IMG/VR virus record: IMGVR_UViG_3300020037_002952 | Location: 1-64,000 of that record | Length of the DNA stretch: 64,000 nt | Source: a virus | Taxonomy: Duplodnaviria; Caudoviricetes | Strand: one strand, 5' to 3' | Shown: positions 57,429 through 64,000 of the stretch, in pieces | Position numbering within the stretch: position 1 is the stretch's first letter | Layout of the letters: every line of letters begins with the position of its first letter | The notes under the pieces: model-generated | Database searches by the model: none | What the model was told of the DNA's origin: nothing | What the model saw: the letters and a program-made list of their open reading frames with translations, nothing else | Made by a program: the position numbers and the translations under genes

Positions 57429-60400
57429 TTGGATATCGTAGAATATCTAGAGGAAAAAGGTTGCGAAGTCCGTCCAGCCGGTTCCGGAAACGTAAGAACT
57501 AAATGTTTTTTCCACGGAGAAGAAGGAACGAATCAAGGCAGACTATACATCAACATAGAAGACCCTGACAAAGAAGGATTATTTTTCTGTTTTAGATGTC
57601 AAGAACGTGGTAACATCAATAAGATTCGTCAGCACTTTGGCGATCCAGCAATCAAAACCACTGCGGTTGAGTCAGATAATCCAATCTATGAAACAGCAGC
57701 AAAGTATTATCATGAAAGACTTTTCGAAAATCCAGAGGCTTATAGATACCTCACAATGGAACGTGGCCTAACTGATGAAACAATTATTCAGGCAAGACTC
57801 GGCTGCGCTGATGGGGGCCTCTCCAATCATCTTCTGGCACAAGGATATGTTCCGGAACTTATCAAGGACAGCGGTCTTGTAAACGCTTATGGACAGGATT
57901 ACTTTCACGACAAAGAGATCATTTTCCCATACTTAAAATTTGGACGTGCGGTTCAATTACGTGGCAAAAAGATCGGCGGCATAACAAAGGGTCTACAGGG
58001 CGTACAGACAATGCTGTACGGTACAGACTCAATGATTGGCGAACAAACCGTGATGCTGGCGGAAGGCGAATGCTTTCCTGGCGACGCCCAAGTTCTCACT
58101 AGGGATGGATGGGTATCTTTTGAAGATCTCGGAGATCAGGAAGTTGCTCAAGTCGATGAATCGCTACAAACAACATTTGTAAAGCCAATAGCAAAAATTG
58201 AAAAAGAATTTAATGGCGATCTGGTTGAATACAGCAACTCTCAACGTTTTTACTCCTTGACAACCCCCAAACACAATATGGTCGGATGGCGAAAAGTAAA
58301 TGGCAAAAGGGCATGGGCGAAACGAACCGCAGAAGAAGGGTTCCCCCATAACTACTCTACCCCAAGAATTGGTCTTATTGATGGGCCAGGGGTTCCAATT
58401 TCTAATACACAAATCCGATTTGCTCTTGCCGTAGCGGCTGACTTTTCTATTCGAGAAGGGGTAGGGTCACGCTATGTCCATGCTGGATTCCAAAAAGAGC
58501 GGAAGATTCTAGCAATCCAAGAAATATTGGAAGAGTTGGGGATTCCGTATAAAACTGCACCATACAAAACGAAAAAGGGAATCTATATACATTTCCGTTT
58601 ACCAGACAGTTACTCAGACCCAGAAAGTCCGCTTTATGTAAGCAAATTACTGTCTTGGTCTTGGATCTCAGAAATGAGTTTAGAGCAAAAAGAATTTGTT
58701 ATTCGGGAACAGGCTTTTTGGGACGGGAACCATGTACGAGATCGCAATCAATTAGAATTTTCTTCAAAACATTACTCTGAGGCAGAGTGGATGCAGGCAA
58801 TGTCTTCAACCGCTGGCTACTGTTCAACAATCATGCCCCGTTCTAACCAATTTGGCGATTGGTATAAGGTTAGCATTCTTCTGGACAAGCAAACCACTAA
58901 CTGGTTATCGCTTAACAAATCTAAAAAGTACGTTCCCTACAGCGGACAGGTGTATTGTGTGACGGTCCCATCAGGAATGATTTTAGTTAGACAGGATGAA
59001 TGTGTTAGCGTTTCCGGCAATTGCGATACGCTCACTCTTCATCAAATGGGATTTACTGCGGTAGGCTTACCGGGAGTTCATACTTGGAAAGACGAGTGGA
59101 CCGAAGACTTTGAAGATGTTAAACGAGCGTATATTATCTTTGATCAGGATGCTGCCGGTCGTTCTGGCGCAGAAAAACTTGCTGGCAAACTCGGCCCCAA
59201 AGCAAGAATTGTCGAACTTCCCAAAAAAGGAATTGATATTAACGATTGGTATGTTAAGTACGGTAAGCAATCAGAAGATTTTGAGTTCCTGTTCAGCAAA
59301 GCAAAAGGCGGGATGCTTATTACTGTAGAGATGTCTTATGATCGTTGGCTAGAAGTAGAAGGCAATGATCATTTAGCTGGATTAAGATTCAATATCGCTC
59401 CTCTAGATAAAGCTATGGGCTATGGAATGCTCCCTGGGCAAGTCCTAACAATCATGAGTCGTACAGGTTCTGGAAAGGGCCACCCACTAGACACTAGGGT
59501 GGTCACACCTAATGGTGTACGTTATTGGGGAGATCTTAAGGAGGGTGATTATATCTATGGCAGTCAAGGTCAGCCTACTCAAATAACAAATATCTATGAT
59601 CGAGGAATCTTACCAACTTATAGGGTTTCGTTTACAGATGGAACCAATGTTTTATGTGATGGAGATCATATCTGGAATGTCCACAAAGATACTTGGAAAG
59701 ATCGGTTCGATTTCCGAAATAAAACAACCTCAGAAATCTTAAAAGAGGGTATTTTGACCATCAAACATGGTGACAGAAATTCCTATAGGTTTAATATTCC
59801 GCTTACTCAGCCTATCCAATTTCCCAAAAAAGATTTGAAAATCGGGCCGTATACGATGGGAACTCTTTTGGCTAACGGGCATTTGAGTGGGACTTCTACT
59901 GACTTCAGAACTCCAGACGCAGAAGTTGTCGAACGCATTATTAAAGAAGGTCACGAAGTCAACTCAACTAAGCAATATGAAAATACTTGTCAAGGATATA
60001 GAGTTATTGGAGTAAGAGATTTTGTCCGTCAATACAAAGTTGACGTTAAGTCTGCGGATAAGTTTATCCCAGAGGACTATCTTTTTTCCTCGGTGGACGA
60101 TCGGATAGCTTTACTACAAGGACTTATGGATGGAGATGGGACTAATTTAGGAGTCACTCAAAAGGTTGCGTACTGCACTACTTCTCATCAATTGGCGTTG
60201 GATGTTATTCAATTAGTAAGATCCTTGGGCGGGACAGGAAGATATACTTGTTTGAATAGAGTCGGGGATAATGGTAAAGCATACAAAGATATTCATGTAT
60301 CAATTATGATGTCAGAAAATATTCCACCTTTTAGTACCTCAAGAAAAGCCTTTGTTCCAAAAATCATACGCAAGCATCTTCCACGAAGAGCAATAGTTTC

Positions 60401-61250
60401 TATCGAAAGAGTAAAAGATCAAGAAATTCGTTGTATCACAGTTGATGCGAAAGACAGCTTGTATCTTATTGGCGAAGAAATGATTGTAACACATAATACG
60501 GTGTGGAGCATCAACATGTTCCATCGCATGAGAATGGCGGACCCGAACTTTAATGTGCTCTTTGTTTCTTTGGAACAAACAAGAAATGAATGGTTCGAGC
60601 GTGCTCATAGAATCCATTCATTTTATGAACCGGGCGTTACGATTATTGATACAGTTAATTACTGGAAAAATAATCTACTTCTCATAGATAAGAACAAGAT
60701 TACCGAAGCTCAATTAATTGATTCGCTAGACCAATATACTTACGAGATGGGCAAAGGCCCAGATTTCACTCTCGTTGATTATGTTGGATACTATGCTCGC
60801 TCATTCAAAGGCAACAGCAAAGAACAAACGCAAGATGCCATCATGGGCATTAAAGAAATAGCTAAAGATTTTGAGACTGTCGTCGGTGCTCCTGCTCAGG
60901 CTAACAGAACTGGGGACATTGGAGAAGAGCTAACGCTAGAGATGTTTAAAGATGCCGCCAGTATCGAAGAGACTTCTGATATCGTTCTTAGCCTCTGGAA
61001 TCCAGACATGAGAGTCAAACAGGATTCTAATGAAGAAAATGCTGGAGTAGTTATGCAAAGACTTCTAAAGTCTAGAAATGGTGGAGTTGGAACTTTATTG
61101 AAATACCAATTTGCTCCACTTACTTTAGCTATGGTTTCTCATGATGATCCTCTTTACGATAGGGCAGTCAGAGAAAGAAGTTATGCTATGGCTGGCGATA
61201 GTTGGAAGGTTGCCGTTCAACGGCACTTGACAAACTCTACAGAACTGTGA
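57429..61250 (+). CDS. Fused DNA primase (CHC2 zinc finger + TOPRIM)-DnaB-like helicase with two inteins (spliced about 616 aa)
   Basis: CFFH..CFRC; AEGE|CD; FDQDAAG; SRTGSGK|T; VSLEQ; VDY; AQANR; KSRNG. Confidence 0.93.
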   Translation: MDIVEYLEEKGCEVRPAGSGNVRTKCFFHGEEGTNQGRLYINIEDPDKEGLFFCFRCQERGNINKIRQHFGDPAIKTTAVESDNPIYETAAKYYHERLFENPEAYRYLTMERGLTDETIIQARLGCADGGLSNHLLAQGYVPELIKDSGLVNAYGQDYFHDKEIIFPYLKFGRAVQLRGKKIGGITKGLQGVQTMLYGTDSMIGEQTVMLAEGECFPGDAQVLTRDGWVSFEDLGDQEVAQVDESLQTTFVKPIAKIEKEFNGDLVEYSNSQRFYSLTTPKHNMVGWRKVNGKRAWAKRTAEEGFPHNYSTPRIGLIDGPGVPISNTQIRFALAVAADFSIREGVGSRYVHAGFQKERKILAIQEILEELGIPYKTAPYKTKKGIYIHFRLPDSYSDPESPLYVSKLLSWSWISEMSLEQKEFVIREQAFWDGNHVRDRNQLEFSSKHYSEAEWMQAMSSTAGYCSTIMPRSNQFGDWYKVSILLDKQTTNWLSLNKSKKYVPYSGQVYCVTVPSGMILVRQDECVSVSGNCDTLTLHQMGFTAVGLPGVHTWKDEWTEDFEDVKRAYIIFDQDAAGRSGAEKLAGKLGPKARIVELPKKGIDINDWYVKYGKQSEDFEFLFSKAKGGMLITVEMSYDRWLEVEGNDHLAGLRFNIAPLDKAMGYGMLPGQVLTIMSRTGSGKGHPLDTRVVTPNGVRYWGDLKEGDYIYGSQGQPTQITNIYDRGILPTYRVSFTDGTNVLCDGDHIWNVHKDTWKDRFDFRNKTTSEILKEGILTIKHGDRNSYRFNIPLTQPIQFPKKDLKIGPYTMGTLLANGHLSGTSTDFRTPDAEVVERIIKEGHEVNSTKQYENTCQGYRVIGVRDFVRQYKVDVKSADKFIPEDYLFSSVDDRIALLQGLMDGDGTNLGVTQKVAYCTTSHQLALDVIQLVRSLGGTGRYTCLNRVGDNGKAYKDIHVSIMMSENIPPFSTSRKAFVPKIIRKHLPRRAIVSIERVKDQEIRCITVDAKDSLYLIGEEMIVTHNTVWSINMFHRMRMADPNFNVLFVSLEQTRNEWFERAHRIHSFYEPGVTIIDTVNYWKNNLLLIDKNKITEAQLIDSLDQYTYEMGKGPDFTLVDYVGYYARSFKGNSKEQTQDAIMGIKEIAKDFETVVGAPAQANRTGDIGEELTLEMFKDAASIEETSDIVLSLWNPDMRVKQDSNEENAGVVMQRLLKSRNGGVGTLLKYQFAPLTLAMVSHDDPLYDRAVRERSYAMAGDSWKVAVQRHLTNSTEL
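58071..59021 (+). mobile_element. Intein (317 aa) in the TOPRIM EGExD motif
   Basis: CFPGDAQVLTRDGW...TPKH...FWDG...YSGQVYCVTVPSGMILVRQDECVSVSGN, +1 Cys. Confidence 0.9.
59478..60497 (+). mobile_element. Class 3 intein (340 aa, Gly1) with LAGLIDADG endonuclease in the helicase P-loop
   Basis: GHPLDTRVVTPNG...HIW...LLQGLMDGDG...IRCITVD...IVTHN, +1 Thr. Confidence 0.9.
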
Positions 61251-61262
61251 TAGGATGATATT

Positions 61263-61637
61263 ATGAAAAATCTCACCGAAGACGGTATTGAAACAGTAGA
61301 TGGTAGACCAGTTGAGGTCTATGAAGCTAAGATTATCAATGCCTTTGAAATGGAATGTGATGATGCTATTGGGATTTCTGATGGCGACCTTATGACATTC
61401 ATTGTCACTGTTCGTGCTGAAACGCCCAAGTTTATCAGCGTCAAAAAATCCGGCATTCTTAAACGCCAGAATCAGTTTAGAGTTCAGGAAGTAAAAGTTA
61501 TGGACTCTGATGTAGCAAAACTCGTATATGATACCGCCGAGGTAGCAGTCAGCGGAGTTAATGCCGACCTCGTGAAAGTCTCACATATGAATACTAATGC
61601 ACAACTTGGATTTAACCCAGAGGATGGAAAGCTATGA
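61263..61637 (+). CDS. Hypothetical protein
   Basis: 124-aa ORF within the operon. Confidence 0.7.
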   Translation: MKNLTEDGIETVDGRPVEVYEAKIINAFEMECDDAIGISDGDLMTFIVTVRAETPKFISVKKSGILKRQNQFRVQEVKVMDSDVAKLVYDTAEVAVSGVNADLVKVSHMNTNAQLGFNPEDGKL

Positions 61638-61921
61638 CAGAAGAAGAAGCACCAGAAGAAGCACCAGATAAAATAAGCCTTCTACAAGAGGCGCTAGAAT
61701 CAGATATGTTTATTTCTTCTATCTCTTTTGATACAGAGAGTTTACAATTTGATCTCGTTGACGATACTAAGCAATCCGAATCCGTTTTTGTCGGAGAAAC
61801 AATGGTCCTTAAAGTCAAAGGAAACGAAGAGCTTGAAGAAGCATATTATCACTTGCAGGATTTGGCGCAGATTCTCGTGAGAGATGCTCATGTAACACGG
61901 AGAGAAGAATTAAATGGCTAG
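61634..61921 (+). CDS. Hypothetical acidic protein
   Basis: ATGA overlap with the upstream gene. Confidence 0.65.
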   Translation: MTEEEAPEEAPDKISLLQEALESDMFISSISFDTESLQFDLVDDTKQSESVFVGETMVLKVKGNEELEEAYYHLQDLAQILVRDAHVTRREELNG

Positions 61922-62078
61922 TAGACCACTGAAAGAACAACTCATTACATATCTTGAAGCAAATACGACAAACCTTAACTTAAACGAGGTAGAGCGGACG
62001 GCAGATCAGATTATTGCGATTGTTTTACAGCACCTTGACGGCACACAACTTACTCTTCCAAACACATCTGATGACTGA
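61914..62078 (+). CDS. Hypothetical protein (54 aa, MASRPLKEQL...)
   Basis: Below the track threshold; fills the gap exactly between neighbours. Confidence 0.55.
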   Translation: MASRPLKEQLITYLEANTTNLNLNEVERTADQIIAIVLQHLDGTQLTLPNTSDD

Positions 62079-62552
62079 ATGGCCAACGTCAGATGTGGTT
62101 TTTGTAAAACTTTCATACCTAAGGAGAGTGCTATTCCTTACGGCTTATCTCATTTCTGTAATTCAGATTGTCTTACGAGTAAGCGTTTTCAAAAACCACC
62201 CCCCCAAAAGTCGGTGAAAAAAAATGTTAAAAAGAAAACCAAAGCTCCAGGTCTTACAGCAGAAACGAGAGAGCAAGTATTACACAGAGACTCATACAGA
62301 TGCAGGTTCTGCGGTACTCATCAAGATTTATGTGTTCATCATGTGGTGTATAAGAGTGACCCAAAAAATAGACCGTGGGAAAATCAAACCTCGAATCTGA
62401 TCACACTTTGCAACCAAATTTGCCACCTAAACAAGGTGCATGGCAACAAGAAGAAGTATCAAAAACTTTGCCTACAAATTATTTGGCTGGCAGAAGTTAT
62501 GAATGATAAGCATACAACAATACAACAATTGGAAAAACAAAATGATAATTAG
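62079..62552 (+). CDS. HNH endonuclease with N-terminal zinc finger (NinG-like)
   Basis: CGFC..FCNSDC; RDSYRCRFCG..LCVHH..NLITLC..CH. Confidence 0.82.
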   Translation: MANVRCGFCKTFIPKESAIPYGLSHFCNSDCLTSKRFQKPPPQKSVKKNVKKKTKAPGLTAETREQVLHRDSYRCRFCGTHQDLCVHHVVYKSDPKNRPWENQTSNLITLCNQICHLNKVHGNKKKYQKLCLQIIWLAEVMNDKHTTIQQLEKQNDN

Positions 62553-62790
62553 TACACGAGAATATACGATAGTTACCACTAGGCGTACTCCACATTCTAA
62601 TGTAGACTGGTCAATTAGGGGTACAGTTGGAGAAGAAATCGCTCAATCTAGTTCTTGGTTCGGATGTCCTACACATAGAAGCGCTCGAAAAGCGGCTAAG
62701 CGTTGGCTGAAGCAGAATGCTGCACCAGTCGATCAAAGGCCAGCTAAAGTAAAGACAACTAAATACACAATGAAATTTGAGGACAAATGA
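62542..62790 (+). CDS. Hypothetical basic protein
   Basis: Overlapping operon gene. Confidence 0.55.
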   Translation: MIISTREYTIVTTRRTPHSNVDWSIRGTVGEEIAQSSSWFGCPTHRSARKAAKRWLKQNAAPVDQRPAKVKTTKYTMKFEDK

Positions 62791-63050
62791 GAATTAAGAA
62801 CATATCTTTAGACGATGAGGAAATGCCGGAGATAATTCTGGCAGAGCTAACCATAAAAGAGCTTGCTCTGATTCACTTTTTAGTTGGAGGATTACGACCA
62901 GATCAACTTAACGAAGCATTGGGATTCGATTATAAAATTTCGTCTGATATTTTCAACGGGGCTTGTCAGGTTTTTAATCGATTTTGGGATGACGGAGTGA
63001 ACGAATATGCTTCTTGTAAATCGCCAACCGTTACTTTATCAAGGGGATAA
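62787..63050 (+). CDS. Hypothetical protein
   Basis: ATGA overlap; 87 aa. Confidence 0.65.
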   Translation: MRIKNISLDDEEMPEIILAELTIKELALIHFLVGGLRPDQLNEALGFDYKISSDIFNGACQVFNRFWDDGVNEYASCKSPTVTLSRG

Positions 63051-63052
63051 TA

Positions 63053-63247
63053 ATGCATCATAAATTGGAAGACGTTAAGAAAGAAAGATCTTTGCCAGAA
63101 CGATTAAGACGGGCGGCTGAGTTACATTCAGAGACTAAAGATTTACTTTTAGAAGCTGCTAATGAAATTGAAAGACTCAGACCACGAGTGGCCGCATCTG
63201 GTCCGAATCATTACAGTTTTCATAAAGATATGTGGGAGAACGACTGA
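63053..63247 (+). CDS. Hypothetical protein
   Basis: LPERLR...LLEAANEIERLR motif common in phage small ORFs. Confidence 0.65.
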   Translation: MHHKLEDVKKERSLPERLRRAAELHSETKDLLLEAANEIERLRPRVAASGPNHYSFHKDMWEND

Positions 63248-63546
63248 TGAAGTCAATTCAAGATATGGTTATCGACGACATTGAAGAACGTAAGAAGATT
63301 GGCATCGAAACGTATGGCGAAGAACTTTTTCAGAATCGTCACGGAAGAAATATGCTTGTTGAAGCGTATGCCGAAGCGATGGATTTGGTGATTTATTTAA
63401 AGTGTGCTATAGTTGAACAAGAAGAAAATGAGAAAGCTAAGGAATTTGGTGTGCCTACAGAAACCTCGATTCGTCACAGTGATGGATCGAAAGAAAATGT
63501 CATGCGAATTCCGCTAAGAGATATCTATACGCCACCGACCTCTTGA
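63247..63546 (+). CDS. Putative MazG-like nucleotide pyrophosphohydrolase-fold protein
   Basis: ERKKIG.ETYG..L....GR..LVEAYAEAMDLVIYL. Confidence 0.5.
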   Translation: MKSIQDMVIDDIEERKKIGIETYGEELFQNRHGRNMLVEAYAEAMDLVIYLKCAIVEQEENEKAKEFGVPTETSIRHSDGSKENVMRIPLRDIYTPPTS

Positions 63547-63556
63547 AAAGAGTCAA

Positions 63557-64000
63557 GTGAAACAATTTGTTAACCTTCACGCACATTCATCTTACAGTCA
63601 ATTAGATGGTGCTTCTAAAATCTCAGAATATGTAGCAAGAGTTAAAGAACTTGGTATGCCGAGCGCTGGTATCAGCGATCACGGGAACTTAAGTGGCATC
63701 ATTGACTTCTATAAAGAATGTAAAAAACAAGAAGTAAGACCTGTACTTGGTATTGAGGCATATTTTACTGACAATAGATTCCTCCGGGAAGGCGTGAAAC
63801 AAGAAGATGCTAATGGCGAAATCACTGGTAGTGATAAACGATATTATCATCTTAGTGTTTATGCTGAGAACAACGAAGGCTACCACAATCTTCTAAAGCT
63901 CTCTAGCGACTCTTACTTAAATGGCTTCTATCATAAAGCTAGGGCTGACTATTCTTCGCTGGCACAGTATTCAAAAGGGCTTATTGTTGGCTCGGGCTGT
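63557..64000 (+). CDS. dnaE: DNA polymerase III alpha subunit (PHP domain), truncated by the window end
   Basis: Manual translation MKQFVNLHAHSSYSQLDGASKI...ISDHGN...VLGIEAY...YYHL..YAENNEGYHNLLKLSS. Confidence 0.95.
   Translation, partial: MKQFVNLHAHSSYSQLDGASKISEYVARVKELGMPSAGISDHGNLSGIIDFYKECKKQEVRPVLGIEAYFTDNRFLREGVKQEDANGEITGSDKRYYHLSVYAENNEGYHNLLKLSSDSYLNGFYHKARADYSSLAQYSKGLIVGSGC

Noticed and set aside
1-64000. Stop-codon reassignment
   Set aside because: Genes are full length and tightly packed under the standard code, and all three stop codons are used as terminators.

Overview
The window is part of a large tailed dsDNA phage genome (siphovirus-like, about 40% GC by eye), very probably infecting Actinomycetota and possibly Acidimicrobiia. 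In order it carries: a minus-strand intein-containing metallophosphoesterase (runs off the left edge); a divergent promoter region with about 530 nt of unassigned, hairpin-rich sequence; a WhiG/FliA-type sigma factor; class II RNR; a holin; a Holliday junction resolvase; a tightly coupled cluster of 7 glycosyltransferases and 3 methyltransferases; terminase, portal, protease, scaffold, capsid, neck, fibre, tail tube, -1 frameshifted chaperones, a 2253-aa tape measure and tail-tip genes; then a replication/recombination module (Cas4-like exonuclease, degenerate Sak4-like protein, SSB, primase-helicase, and DnaE running off the right edge). Main highlights: (1) eight inteins in five genes, including two class-3 inteins, two terminase inteins separated by only 11 residues, and sister inteins in the portal and a tail-tip protein; (2) a two-tier promoter code readable from the sequence, with leaderless sigma70-type promoters plus about 12 sigma28-type motifs in front of late genes that match the phage's own sigma; (3) a free-standing protein with 7 tandem putative DNA-binding repeats fused to a PD-(D/E)XK nuclease and a GNAT/Mom-like domain; (4) a large glycosylation island including a GT11 fucosyltransferase. 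All assignments come from motif reading; no searches were run.
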